Shown piece by piece: positions 7,814 through 17,780 of a DNA stretch of 64,000 bases. Every line of letters begins with the position of its first letter. The stretch's first letter is position 1. A program made the position numbers and the translations under genes. Location: contig CAWFUG010000009.1 in NCBI GenBank assembly GCA_963818965.1, positions 98,212 through 162,211 of the forward strand, written 5' to 3'. The notes under the pieces are model-generated. The model worked only from the letters and a program-made list of their open reading frames with translations, was not told the DNA's origin and ran no database searches. This DNA comes from an uncultured Verrucomicrobiae bacterium. Lineage in GTDB: Bacteria > Chlamydiota > Chlamydiia > Chlamydiales > Rhabdochlamydiaceae.

Positions 7814-7886
7814 GAAATAAAAAAACTTAAAACTTGCTCCTTTTTCTTTCAATGGGTATTTTTCTCATTTTCATAGGCGGGTAGGG

Positions 7887-9203
7887 ATGACAGAACGTAC
7901 TTTAAATCAACTCCTCGAAGGGAGATTTTCAGGATTTCAGGTCGATAGTAGACTGATCACTCCAGGAGATCTTTTTTTCGCCCTCAAGGGGGAAAAAGTA
8001 GATGGGCACGCATTCTTAGCTGCTATTAAGCAGAAAGGGGCTGCAGCAGCTGTCATCTCCAAAACTTACCGAGGGGAGCTCTACGGATTGAACTGCATCG
8101 CCGTAGACGATGTCTTAGCGACCCTCCAGAGCCTCGCTCAAAGAGTTCATGCGATCCGGTCTCCACGCGTAATCGCCGTAACGGGATCTGTAGGAAAGAC
8201 CACGACCAAAGAGTTCATCGCGACGCTCTTGGAAAAAAAATACAAACTCGCCAAGACACCGGGAAACGCCAACTCCCAAACGGGCTTACCTTTGAGCATA
8301 CTCAATGCAAAAGGGGATGCAGAGCTCTGGGTTCTAGAAATGGGGATGAGCGAGCCGCAAGAGATCACACGCCTCATCGCAATAGCGCCCCCAGAAATCG
8401 CTCTTCTAACGCGGATTGCTTTGGCCCACGCGGAATCTTTTCCCGACGGACTCGAAGGGATCGCAGCTGCAAAAGCGGAAATCTTTTCCCACCCTCTTAC
8501 GCGCCTAGGAATTTTGAGCGCTCAAGCCGCCTCCTATAAAGCGCCTCGGGAGAGGGGTGCCTTTCCCAAAATCTGCTATGCACTAGAAGAAGAGCACACC
8601 GACGCAGATGTCCTTCTTTTCAAAGAGGGACAATCCCTTCGCATCCGCGAAGAAGGAAAAGAGTCGCCACTTTTCACTCTGCCTTTTATAGCCTCTCATC
8701 TCTCTGAAAATTTTCTGGGTGCCTCTATCGTCGCGCGCAAAATGGGAATGGAATGGGAAGAGATTTTCGAGCGGGCTAAAGAGTTGAAACTGGAGAAGAA
8801 CCGCTTCCAGTTCTTGGAAAAAAATGGGGTGATCTTCCTCAATGACTCCTACAACGCCAATCCCGCATCGATGCAAGCCGCGCTCTTCAATCTCCCCACT
8901 CCCGCCAAAGGAGGAAGGAAGATCGGCGTTTTAGGCGCCATGAGGCCGCTCGGTACTTTCGCAGAGGAGAGCCACCGCCAACTCGGCAGCATGGCCCTCG
9001 AATGCGTCGATCATCTTCTCTGTCTGGGGGAAGAATGTGCCCCGATGATAGAGCTCTTCGAAAGGGCGGGACGCCCTGCAGAGCTCCATGAGAGTGTAGA
9101 AGCCCTTAAAACACGCGTCCACGCCCTAGCGCTACCAGGGGATGTCGTCCTCATCAAGGGCTCCAATTCGAACCAGCTGTGGAAGATCCTCGAAGAGGTC
9201 TAG
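7887..9203 (+). CDS. murF: UDP-N-acetylmuramoyl-tripeptide--D-alanyl-D-alanine ligase
   Basis: 438 aa; VIAVTGSVGKTTTKEF, LNDSYNANPASM; located in the dcw context. Confidence 0.9.
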   Translation: MTERTLNQLLEGRFSGFQVDSRLITPGDLFFALKGEKVDGHAFLAAIKQKGAAAAVISKTYRGELYGLNCIAVDDVLATLQSLAQRVHAIRSPRVIAVTGSVGKTTTKEFIATLLEKKYKLAKTPGNANSQTGLPLSILNAKGDAELWVLEMGMSEPQEITRLIAIAPPEIALLTRIALAHAESFPDGLEGIAAAKAEIFSHPLTRLGILSAQAASYKAPRERGAFPKICYALEEEHTDADVLLFKEGQSLRIREEGKESPLFTLPFIASHLSENFLGASIVARKMGMEWEEIFERAKELKLEKNRFQFLEKNGVIFLNDSYNANPASMQAALFNLPTPAKGGRKIGVLGAMRPLGTFAEESHRQLGSMALECVDHLLCLGEECAPMIELFERAGRPAELHESVEALKTRVHALALPGDVVLIKGSNSNQLWKILEEV

Positions 9204-10582
9204 GATCCAAATGACTCTCTCCATTTTGCCATATAAGCCAAAAGGAACCAGTACTTTATTTTGAGGTTTTCTGCGGCTGTGCGTTTCAAAGCATGCACTT
9301 CATACATTCCTTTGAGTCTTTCAGCAACGCCGGCAGGTAGCTTGTCATCCTCTATGCTAATTGCACATGAGGGGGCAAGTTCCAAGATTTCAGCAGGTAC
9401 GGCTGTGAGTTGATGAAGGTAATAGAGCGTGAGCTCTGTCAATGCCGTTAAACGCCCCAGTTCAGTGGGTAGTGTGATAAAGCTGTTGTTTGAAAGGTCG
9501 AGCTCTCTCAATCCGGTTAAAGAGGTCATTTCAGTAGGGAGTACCGCGAGGTTGTTATCTGAGAGGTTGAGCTTTTGCAAGTCCGTTAAACGCCCGATTT
9601 GGGTGGGTACGGCTGTGAATTTGTTTCCTGAGAGGTTAAGGGATTGCAATCCTGTTAGACACCCAATTTGGGTGGGTATTTCTGTGAATTTATTTCCCCT
9701 GAGATTGAGCTGTTGTAATGCAGTTAAACACCCAATTTGAGTGGGTAGGATGAGTCCCTCATAGTGGAGATGAAATGTCTTCAATCTTTGGACGAGCGCG
9801 GAAATTTGAAATAAACGAGAGGGAAGTGGTGGAGGTGACTGGTGGGATGCATCCAAGCGTAAACGTAGTGTCTTTTCATTACGATCTTTTACGAATGTGT
9901 AAATGGCACGCTCGAATTGGTCACACTGTTCTCCTTTTTCCGGCCAGAGGGAGATGTCTTTGGACCAAGGCTTGAGAATAATGGGTAATTTATCATCAGG
10001 GATGCAGTTAGGAGAGTAGGATTGAGCCGTTAATGCCTGCCCTCCGAAGTTATCCCTCTCTCGGGCTCCCCTGTGTTTTTGATCTCTTTGTGTGGGGACT
10101 TGAGGGCTCTGACTCTGTATTGCAAGGATTTTTAAGTTACATCTTTCTAAAATCCGATCGGGTTGTCGTTTCAGAGTCTCTTCTACTTTCGAGAAAAAAC
10201 TCAATTTTTTGCGGATATTGAGATGTTGGATCTTTTGGGCGATCCTCTGTAGAGTGGCGATGTCTTCTGTAGTATTTGTTCGATAAAATAGTTCTTCGAG
10301 CTTTGTGATATCTCGATCGATTTTTCTTTGCGCTCGTTCGATGGTGTCTTTGACTTTAGTCTCAACGCCGTAGAACTGTAATTGATCGAGCTCTTCGGGT
10401 GTGCTCTCTTGGGCGATTGTTCTCAATGTACGGCGGGCCAACTGATTGATTTCTTTGGCCATTGCATAAAAGGAGAGATCATCTTGAGGAAGGGCTGCCT
10501 GATCACAAAGCTCTTCCAAGTGTCTAAGGGCTGCAGCTCTTCTTTCTAGAGATTGAAAGGTATTTCTGAAACTAACAGACAT
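9200..10582 (-). CDS. Leucine-rich-repeat protein with coiled-coil N-terminus (eukaryote-like, effector candidate)
   Basis: 460 aa. Six 23-aa LRRs, such as LTALQQLNLRGNKFTEIPTQIGC, LTGLQSLNLSGNKFTAVPTQIGR and LTDLQKLNLSDNNLAVLPTEMTS, encoded around 9355-9781. Confidence 0.8.
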   Translation of the reverse strand: MSVSFRNTFQSLERRAAALRHLEELCDQAALPQDDLSFYAMAKEINQLARRTLRTIAQESTPEELDQLQFYGVETKVKDTIERAQRKIDRDITKLEELFYRTNTTEDIATLQRIAQKIQHLNIRKKLSFFSKVEETLKRQPDRILERCNLKILAIQSQSPQVPTQRDQKHRGARERDNFGGQALTAQSYSPNCIPDDKLPIILKPWSKDISLWPEKGEQCDQFERAIYTFVKDRNEKTLRLRLDASHQSPPPLPSRLFQISALVQRLKTFHLHYEGLILPTQIGCLTALQQLNLRGNKFTEIPTQIGCLTGLQSLNLSGNKFTAVPTQIGRLTDLQKLNLSDNNLAVLPTEMTSLTGLRELDLSNNSFITLPTELGRLTALTELTLYYLHQLTAVPAEILELAPSCAISIEDDKLPAGVAERLKGMYEVHALKRTAAENLKIKYWFLLAYMAKWRESFGS

Positions 10583-10909
10583 GAAAACCTGTTTTTATTG
10601 TATTTAAATATAAATAGATTGTACACAGATTCACGTTAAAAGTAAATTGCGCAATTAAGTTTTTAAATTACGCGTAATTTGTGGTCATTTTGAGGGTTAA
10701 AAAATTTAATTACAATTAGCTCTGGATCTCGCTTGAGTGTCGTTTGAGACCCAACGTAGGTTTTAGATTTTTTTGCGAAAAAAGCGATTTTTTGGTGTTG
10801 CAATTTTTAGCATCTCTGTAAGCTCAGGAGCAGTCTAGACTGTCTGTTTTGCATTCCTCTTTGGGAAAGATAAAACGGACGGCTCTGAAAAAAAACTCCA
10901 CACATTCTT

Positions 10910-12115
10910 ATGATTTTGCTGATCAATCAACTCCTTTTTCGTCTGTTTGGGATGGCAGTCCCGACGGTTTTTACTTACTCATCGTCGCGGATGCTCTTGG
11001 CGGCGCTCACTGCTTTTTTGCTGACGCTTTTCTTGGGGCCGCGGGTGATCCGCAAGCTGTATCAGATGAAGACGGGGCAATCGAGGTGGGTCGAGCATTC
11101 TCCTCTTTTGGATCAGTTGCACGAGAAGAAAAAAGAGACGCCGACGATGGGGGGAATTCTCATCTTGTCTGCGATGCTCGTTTCGCTTTTGTTGTGGATG
11201 GATTTAAAGAGTTGCTTCACTCTCATTTTGGTCATTACTACGGTGTTTTTGGGATGTCTAGGAGGGATCGACGATTACCTCAAGTTAAAGCATAAAAATG
11301 CGAAAGGGCTGCGCGCAAAGCGTAAGTTTTTGTTGCAGAATGTGCTGGGATTTTGCGTGGCGCTCTATCTCTTCGTCCCTGCTTGTTCTGAATTCTTTCA
11401 TGTGGGGGATTGGTTTGAGCCTCCTGTCGCTAAGGAGTATGTCGTTGGGGAGAAAAAAGAGAGCACACTCTCGATGCAGCAGTACATGGATCGGTATTTT
11501 GTCCCTGGCTTTAAGGATCCTATCTTCATTTTGAAAGGAGCGGGAATTATCTTTGGGATTTTGGCAACGCTATTTATCATCACAGGGACTTCCAATGCGG
11601 TTAATCTGACGGATGGGTTGGATGGTTTAGCGGCTGGGTGTGCGATGATGGTGGCGGGAGTATTGGCTCTTTTCGCTTTTTTATCGAATAACAGTGAAAT
11701 GGCGCGTTACTTGAATATTTTATACATCGAGCAGAGCGGAGAGATCGCGATTTATCTCTTTGCTCTGATCGGTGCGTGTCTGGGATTTCTCTGGTTCAAC
11801 GGACCTCCGGCTCAAGTGTTCATGGGAGATACGGGGTCTTTGGCTCTCGGAGGCGTCTTGGGTGTTTCTGCTGTGCTGCTCCGCAGAGAAGTGTTACTCG
11901 GAGTCGTCGGGGGGATCTTCGTCGCAGAGACGCTCTCTGTGATCTTGCAAGTGGGCAGTTATAAGTTGCGCAATTGTAAGCGGATTTTCCTCTGCACCCC
12001 TTTGCACCACCATTTTGAATATAAGGGATGGCCAGAGACGAAGGTGGTCTTGCGTTTTTGGATCATCGGCTTGATTTTGGCAATTATCGGGATCGCTTCG
12101 TTGAAATTTCAGTGA
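10910..12115 (+). CDS. mraY: Phospho-N-acetylmuramoyl-pentapeptide transferase
   Basis: 401 aa, polytopic; NAVNLTDGLDGLAAG, FMGDTGSLALGG, PLHHHFE. Confidence 0.9.
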   Translation: MILLINQLLFRLFGMAVPTVFTYSSSRMLLAALTAFLLTLFLGPRVIRKLYQMKTGQSRWVEHSPLLDQLHEKKKETPTMGGILILSAMLVSLLLWMDLKSCFTLILVITTVFLGCLGGIDDYLKLKHKNAKGLRAKRKFLLQNVLGFCVALYLFVPACSEFFHVGDWFEPPVAKEYVVGEKKESTLSMQQYMDRYFVPGFKDPIFILKGAGIIFGILATLFIITGTSNAVNLTDGLDGLAAGCAMMVAGVLALFAFLSNNSEMARYLNILYIEQSGEIAIYLFALIGACLGFLWFNGPPAQVFMGDTGSLALGGVLGVSAVLLRREVLLGVVGGIFVAETLSVILQVGSYKLRNCKRIFLCTPLHHHFEYKGWPETKVVLRFWIIGLILAIIGIASLKFQ

Positions 12116-12120
12116 GAGTT

Positions 12121-13437
12121 ATGAAGACGTTTGTGTTAGGCCTTGGAGTGAGTGGAAAAGCGGCTGCAGAATTTTTGTTGCGACAAAAGAGGGCAGTGCT
12201 CGGCTGTGATGCTCAGTTGGAAGGGGTGGAGGATTTGAGAAAACAGGGGATGACGACCTGTTTGGATACAGAGGCTGTAAACTGGGCTGAGATCGAACAG
12301 TGCGTGGTCTCGCCGGGTATTTCGCCAAAACACCCTCTTTATGCTCAGGCACTCGAGCGGGGCATTCCTCTTATGGGGGAGATGGAGTTAGGGCTATCCC
12401 ACCTAAAAGGGCCTCTTTTGGGCGTCACGGGCACGAACGGGAAGACGACGGTGACGCTTCTTATCGAGCATATCCTCAACGCCAATGGGATTCGGGCTAA
12501 AGCGCTCGGGAATGTGGGAACCTCTGTGTGCGCTTATCTCAATGAGGCACGAGAAACACACGACGCTTACGTCATCGAATTGAGCTCTTACCAACTCGAG
12601 ACGCTTTCCTCAAAGGTGTTTGATGCGGCGGTTCTTCTCAATATCACGCCTGACCATCTCGATCGCTACGAGACAATGCGCGCTTACGCAGAAGCGAAGT
12701 GTAGATTAGCGCATTGTATGAAGGAAACAGAGAAACTGTTTGTCTATGAAAGGGTTTTAGCGGAGTGGAAAGATCTTCTCGCACCAGAGAGACTAGGCGT
12801 ATTCGGCGAACGAGAAGGGCTCGATTTTTGGACGGATGGAGCGCGATTTTTTGGAAAGAATTCTAATGAATACTTATTGCCAGTCAGCTATAGAGGAAAG
12901 GGGAAACATGAGATCGAAAATACTTTGGCAGCTTGGATCCTCTCTCGCTCTTTTTCGATCACTGACGAGGGGTTTTCTTCTGCCTTGCAGACATTTCAGA
13001 AGCCAGCGCATCGGATTGAATTTGTCAAAAAGGTGCGGGGAGTGTCTTATTTCGATGACAGTAAGGGAACGAACATCGATGCTGTGATCCGAGCAGTCGA
13101 AGCGATGCGGGGACAGGTGGTCTTGATCGCAGGAGGAGTGGATAAAGGTGCTTCCTATTTGCCTTGGAAGGAGCACTTCAAAGGCAAGGTCAAATCGATC
13201 GTAGCGATCGGTCAGGCAGCGCCGAAAATCGTAAGCGAGCTCAGTCCTTATTTTGAAATTAAACGGGCAGATTCGTTATCCTCATCGGTTCAGATCGCAA
13301 GCGCTCTTGCCATCGAGGGAGATTCTGTGCTTCTCTCTCCTGGGTGCTCGAGTTTTGATATGTTTTGCGATTATGCGCACCGGGGTAGGGAATTTCAAAA
13401 GTTGGTTGATACATTAGAGCAAGGGGAAAAATCATGA
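12121..13437 (+). CDS. murD: UDP-N-acetylmuramoylalanine--D-glutamate ligase
   Basis: Trimmed to the ATG at 12121 (MKTFVLGLGVSGKAAA); GVTGTNGKTTVT, YFDDSKGTN. Confidence 0.9.
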   Translation: MKTFVLGLGVSGKAAAEFLLRQKRAVLGCDAQLEGVEDLRKQGMTTCLDTEAVNWAEIEQCVVSPGISPKHPLYAQALERGIPLMGEMELGLSHLKGPLLGVTGTNGKTTVTLLIEHILNANGIRAKALGNVGTSVCAYLNEARETHDAYVIELSSYQLETLSSKVFDAAVLLNITPDHLDRYETMRAYAEAKCRLAHCMKETEKLFVYERVLAEWKDLLAPERLGVFGEREGLDFWTDGARFFGKNSNEYLLPVSYRGKGKHEIENTLAAWILSRSFSITDEGFSSALQTFQKPAHRIEFVKKVRGVSYFDDSKGTNIDAVIRAVEAMRGQVVLIAGGVDKGASYLPWKEHFKGKVKSIVAIGQAAPKIVSELSPYFEIKRADSLSSSVQIASALAIEGDSVLLSPGCSSFDMFCDYAHRGREFQKLVDTLEQGEKS

Positions 13438-14213
13438 GTCGAAGGGATACCATTATCGTCGCCGTCTTAGTCAATGCGGGATTACTGATCGTCTTGTTCG
13501 CAAGCGCTCTTAAATCCACTATCGAGACTCCCGTGGTCTCAGTACCTGCCTCTACTTCTTTTGTAGAGCCGCAGCAGCAAGTCTTTGCTAAAAAAGAGAC
13601 ACCAGTCGCTCCATTTACCCAGGCCTCACCTGCTCCCTCGACTACTTTGGGAGACGAGGTAGACCACGCGCTGCAGCAGCACCTATACGCTTCTCAATCG
13701 ACCCCAGCCATTCCTGCACCTGTCTCTGCTCAGAAGAGTTTTGCAGACGATTTGCGCTCTTTTTCTCTTGTAGATCCTTCATCAGTTGCCCCTGTACTTC
13801 ATTCTGAGGCTCCAAAGCAAGAAGCGGTTGCAGAATTTATTGAGATCAAGGTCAAGCAAGGGGATGTCTTGGAAAAGCTCGCGCGGCATAATCAGACGAC
13901 TGTCGCTGAAATCATGCAGATCAATCACTTGAACAACACCAATTTGAAAATCGGACAGATCTTAAAAGTCGCCAATCCCGCCTTGAAAAAATCAGATATC
14001 ATCTCTCAATCCCCCTCCCATGTGACAACAGTGACTCCAGAGGCGAAAAAGAATGAACCGGGTATCAAGTACTACACGGTTAAAAAAGGGGATAACCCGT
14101 GGACGATCGCTGTGAAAAATCACATGAAGGTGGAAGATTTACTCAAATTAAACAACCTCTCTGAAGACCAGGCGCGCCGGCTGAAACCGGGAGATCAATT
14201 GCGGATTCAATGA
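13434..14213 (+). CDS. Membrane-anchored protein with two LysM peptidoglycan-binding domains
   Basis: N-terminal TM segment (IIVAVLVNAGLLIVLFA). LysM-like IKVKQGDVLEKLARHNQTTVAEIMQINHLNNTNLKIGQILKV and YTVKKGDNPWTIAVKNHMKVEDLLKLNNL...LKPGDQLRI. I saw no peptidase motif. Confidence 0.75.
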   Translation: MSRRDTIIVAVLVNAGLLIVLFASALKSTIETPVVSVPASTSFVEPQQQVFAKKETPVAPFTQASPAPSTTLGDEVDHALQQHLYASQSTPAIPAPVSAQKSFADDLRSFSLVDPSSVAPVLHSEAPKQEAVAEFIEIKVKQGDVLEKLARHNQTTVAEIMQINHLNNTNLKIGQILKVANPALKKSDIISQSPSHVTTVTPEAKKNEPGIKYYTVKKGDNPWTIAVKNHMKVEDLLKLNNLSEDQARRLKPGDQLRIQ

Positions 14214-15328
14214 GCCGATTCTCCTGTTTGTTTCTCATTTCAGTGATTGTCTTGTTTGCGCTCGGGCTCGTCATGATTTTCAATACGAGTTCGGCGGAGG
14301 TTCTCGATCGCTTTCTCGATAAGAGCACCCATCACGCTCTGATCAAGCAGATGCTCTACTCTCTTGTAGGGGGAGTGGGGGCGATCGGAATCTGGTTCAT
14401 CGGGTATCAAAACCTCCTGAAGCTCAGCGGTCCCTTGCTCGTTTTAGGCACCCTTTTACTCATCTCAGTATTCGTTCCTGGAATCGGTCAGCAGATCAAT
14501 GGGGCACATCGCTGGATCAGTCTCTTCGGCAATTCCTTACAGCCCTCAGAATTCGTGAAATTTCTCGTGCCGCTCTATTACATCCACTGCGTGACGTGCG
14601 TGCAAGGTCCTCTACCTCTAAAGTCTTTACTCAAGCTTTTAGGGAAACTCACTATCCCGCTGGGATTAATCCTCATCGAGCCCGATAATGGGACTGTCTT
14701 TATCGTATTGATGACGATGCTCATGCTGTTCATTTTGACGCGAATGAGAATTCTCTATTGGGCGGTTCCTCTCTTTGTCCTTTGCTTAGGCGGAGGGATC
14801 GTCTCTCTGCGCATGCCGCATGTCTCTGATCGGATCCATATCTATTTGCATCCAGAGTCTGATTTAAAGGGAAAAGGACATCAACCTTATCAGGCTAAAA
14901 TTGCGACAGGTTCAGGCGGTTTATTTGGAAAAGGGTTAGGGGAGAGTTTGCAGAAGCTCGAATACCTGCCCGAGGCGCGCAGTGATTACATCGCCGCTAT
15001 CTTTGCAGAGGAATGCGGCTTTGTAGGGATGTGCGGTTTGATCTGTCTTTACCTGTTGATCGCCTATGCGGGATTTTCGATTGCGCAGCGCGCTTCTTCT
15101 GTTGAGGGATTTTATACCGCAGCTACGGTGACTTTTTTGATCTGTTTTCAGGCATTTTTAAATCTCGGCGTCGTCTCTGGCTTATTGCCGAGTAAGGGGA
15201 CGAATCTCCCTTTTTTCAGCCAAGGGGGATCTTCGTTACTCGCTAACCTCTTAGCCTGTGCTCTGATTCTCAATATTGCAAAACCTTCATACGCACTGAA
15301 AGTTCAAGGGAAAACTTATGGAGATTAA
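14210..15328 (+). CDS. ftsW: FtsW/RodA (SEDS) family peptidoglycan polymerase
   Basis: 372 aa, polytopic; LQPSEFVKF, YQAKIATGSGGLFGKGLGES, SDYIAAIFAEECGFVG, NLPFFSQGGSS. ATGA overlap with the upstream gene. Confidence 0.85.
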   Translation: MSRFSCLFLISVIVLFALGLVMIFNTSSAEVLDRFLDKSTHHALIKQMLYSLVGGVGAIGIWFIGYQNLLKLSGPLLVLGTLLLISVFVPGIGQQINGAHRWISLFGNSLQPSEFVKFLVPLYYIHCVTCVQGPLPLKSLLKLLGKLTIPLGLILIEPDNGTVFIVLMTMLMLFILTRMRILYWAVPLFVLCLGGGIVSLRMPHVSDRIHIYLHPESDLKGKGHQPYQAKIATGSGGLFGKGLGESLQKLEYLPEARSDYIAAIFAEECGFVGMCGLICLYLLIAYAGFSIAQRASSVEGFYTAATVTFLICFQAFLNLGVVSGLLPSKGTNLPFFSQGGSSLLANLLACALILNIAKPSYALKVQGKTYGD

Positions 15329-17780
15329 AATTCTTTTTGCCGCAGGAGGGACAGGAGGTCATCTCTTTCCCGCACAAGCGCTCGCTCAACAGTTAGAAGA
15401 GGCGGGACTTCACGTTTTTTTTGCTGGGGTCGGACTAGATAAGACGGAGTATTTCAATCGCTTGCAGTTCTCTTACCAGGCAGTAGAGGGAGGAACACCG
15501 GCGCGTGGGAGTTTTTGGAAGAGGCTCTCTGGGATCGCTCAGTTGGTAAGAGGGGTCAGGCGGAGTCTAAAAATCCTCTCCAAAGAGCGGCCCAAACTCG
15601 TGATCGGCTTTGGGAGTTTTCACGCCTTCCCTGTCTTATGCGCCGCATTTTTCAAACGGGTCCCTATCGTCTTATTCGAATCGAATGCCGTCCCTGGCAA
15701 GGTCGTGCGCCTCTTTTCTCGATTTGCAAAAGTGACAGCTCTCTATTTTCCCGAAGCAAAGCGCTTTCTTGGAAGCAAGACCATCTCCACGCAGATCCCC
15801 TCTACAAAGGTCTATTCTCAATTAGCAGCAGAAGCAGCGCGCCAAAAACTGGGATTACACCCTGATCCCTTTACGTTGCTCGTCTTCGGCGGCTCCCAAG
15901 GGGCTAAAGCGCTCAATGACCTGATCCTCTCCCTTTTGCCACAACTGAAACAAAAGGGATTAGAACTTCAGCTGATCCACTTTACGGGCAATGAAGAGAG
16001 GGCAGAGGAGATCCGGCTCCTGTGCCAAACTTTAGGCATTCCGGCCTATGTGAAAAAATTCGAAACGCATATGGACGTCGCCTGGAGCGCTGCAGATCTC
16101 GTCCTTTGTCGTTCAGGTGCTGCAACCCTATCAGAGATGATTCACTACGCGGTTCCGGGAATCCTCATTCCTTATCCTTACGCTGCCGATCGACACCAGA
16201 CAAAAAATGCGGAGGTCATCGCTAACCTAGTGGGTGGAGCGAAAATCGTAGAGGAGGGGACTGCGTTTACAGAGCGCGTTTTAGAAAAGATCGAGCCGCT
16301 AGTGGCTCTCGCGTCTCTCGAGCGCAAACAGATGCAAAGAGCCCTACAGATTTATCCACTTAAAGAGAAAAGAGAAAGCCTTGCCTCTCTTGTGCTTAAA
16401 TCCCTGGATCTCACTCCGCCAACGCACCTCTCTGTACCAGAGACCTATCACTTCATCGGCATTGGGGGAATCGGAATGAGCGCCCTCGCACAGATCCTCT
16501 TGCAAAAAGGGGAACCAGTCAGCGGAACAGATCTCAATCCTTCTCCCTTGACAGAAGTGCTCAAAGCACAAGGTGCCTTGGTAGCATCGACCCACGCTAA
16601 AGAGCACGTCCCGAGAAGAGGCTCTATCATCTACAGCACAGATATCAAGGAAGGCAACCCCGAGATCGAACAAGCAAAAGTTTACGATCTAAAAATACTC
16701 CACCGCTCAGAGCTCCTTCGAGAGCTCATGCGCGCTTATCGGCCCCTGTTGGTTTCAGGGACGCATGGGAAGACGACCACCTCTGCCCTCTTGAGTCATC
16801 TGCTCGTTGTAACGGGCAGGGAGCCTAGTTTTGCCGTCGGAGGGATCGTCAAGAGCTTGAAGAGTAACGGGGGGTATGGCAAGGGAGATTATTTCGTCGC
16901 AGAGGCGGATGAGAGCGACGGATCTTTTCTCAACTACTCTCCCTTTGGCGCCATCGTGACCAATTGCGACGGTGATCACCTCGATCACTGGAAAACAGAG
17001 GAAGCCTTGCACCAAGGCTTTGCTCAATTCGCTCAAAAGGTCCACTCTTCAGAGCACCTCTTTTGGTGTGGCGATGACCCTGCTTTATGCGCGTTGGGGC
17101 TCAAAGGCACAGCTTATGGGTGGGGAGAAAATAACGGATTACGCATCCTCTCCGCGCGCCAGGAAGGATGGAAAAATCTCTTTTCTGTATCGTTCGAAGG
17201 TAAATCCTATGAATCGATCGAACTTCCCCTCATCGGTGCCCACAATGTCCTCAACGGAGCCGCTGTCTTTGGGATGGGGCTACGCCTCGGGTTGTCAGAA
17301 GACTTAATCCGTGAAGCCTTCCTCACATTTCAAGGAATTGCGCGTCGGGCGGAGTACAAGGGAAATGTGGGGACTGTCCCCATCTTCGACGATTACGCGC
17401 ATCATCCTACAGAAATTGAGACGACATTAAACGGCTTGAAGCGGGCAATCGATAACCAGCGGCTCGTCGTCGTCTTTCAACCCCATCGCTACACACGCAC
17501 GCGCGACTGCTTTGAAGCGTTCGGCCCAGCCTTGCAAGGAGCAGATCTCTTAGTATTAACCGATATCTACGCAGCACGCGAAGCCCCCATCGAAAACATC
17601 ACCATCGAAACGCTCATTCAAAAGATCCAAGAGCAAACGGGTAAACAGGTCCACTACGCCCCGCGCTCTTTTTTAAGTCGCTTTGTCAGCGGAAAATTGA
17701 CCCCAGAAGATGTCGTCGTCACTCTCGGGGCCGGAGACATCACAAAATTGGGCAGTGAGCTGCAAAATGAAGAGATCTAA
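15318..17780 (+). CDS. murG/murC: Fusion protein: MurG glycosyltransferase (N-terminal) plus MurC UDP-MurNAc--L-alanine ligase (C-terminal)
   Basis: Single 820-aa ORF. MurG part: ILFAAGGTGGHLFPAQALA, VFGGSQGA. MurC part from about 16440: HFIGIGGIGMSALAQILL, VSGTHGKTTTSALL, DDYAHHPTEI. Confidence 0.85.
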   Translation: MEIKILFAAGGTGGHLFPAQALAQQLEEAGLHVFFAGVGLDKTEYFNRLQFSYQAVEGGTPARGSFWKRLSGIAQLVRGVRRSLKILSKERPKLVIGFGSFHAFPVLCAAFFKRVPIVLFESNAVPGKVVRLFSRFAKVTALYFPEAKRFLGSKTISTQIPSTKVYSQLAAEAARQKLGLHPDPFTLLVFGGSQGAKALNDLILSLLPQLKQKGLELQLIHFTGNEERAEEIRLLCQTLGIPAYVKKFETHMDVAWSAADLVLCRSGAATLSEMIHYAVPGILIPYPYAADRHQTKNAEVIANLVGGAKIVEEGTAFTERVLEKIEPLVALASLERKQMQRALQIYPLKEKRESLASLVLKSLDLTPPTHLSVPETYHFIGIGGIGMSALAQILLQKGEPVSGTDLNPSPLTEVLKAQGALVASTHAKEHVPRRGSIIYSTDIKEGNPEIEQAKVYDLKILHRSELLRELMRAYRPLLVSGTHGKTTTSALLSHLLVVTGREPSFAVGGIVKSLKSNGGYGKGDYFVAEADESDGSFLNYSPFGAIVTNCDGDHLDHWKTEEALHQGFAQFAQKVHSSEHLFWCGDDPALCALGLKGTAYGWGENNGLRILSARQEGWKNLFSVSFEGKSYESIELPLIGAHNVLNGAAVFGMGLRLGLSEDLIREAFLTFQGIARRAEYKGNVGTVPIFDDYAHHPTEIETTLNGLKRAIDNQRLVVVFQPHRYTRTRDCFEAFGPALQGADLLVLTDIYAAREAPIENITIETLIQKIQEQTGKQVHYAPRSFLSRFVSGKLTPEDVVVTLGAGDITKLGSELQNEEI

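Noticed and set aside
7736-7852. N-terminal extensions given by the ORF track (P4H to 7852, rsmI to 6979, murD from 12028, ftsQ-like from 17710, sucC from 52518, priA to 44795, the 1152-aa gene to 22518, the basic protein to 1480)
   Set aside because: The extensions run through a tRNA, through palindromic repeats or through the preceding gene. Internal ATG or GTG codons give N-termini that match family expectations (signal peptide, [19 protein letters not shown] and so on).
10849-11295. 148-aa ORF overlapping the mraY 5' region
   Set aside because: It is an alternative frame of mraY, and mraY is clearly supported.
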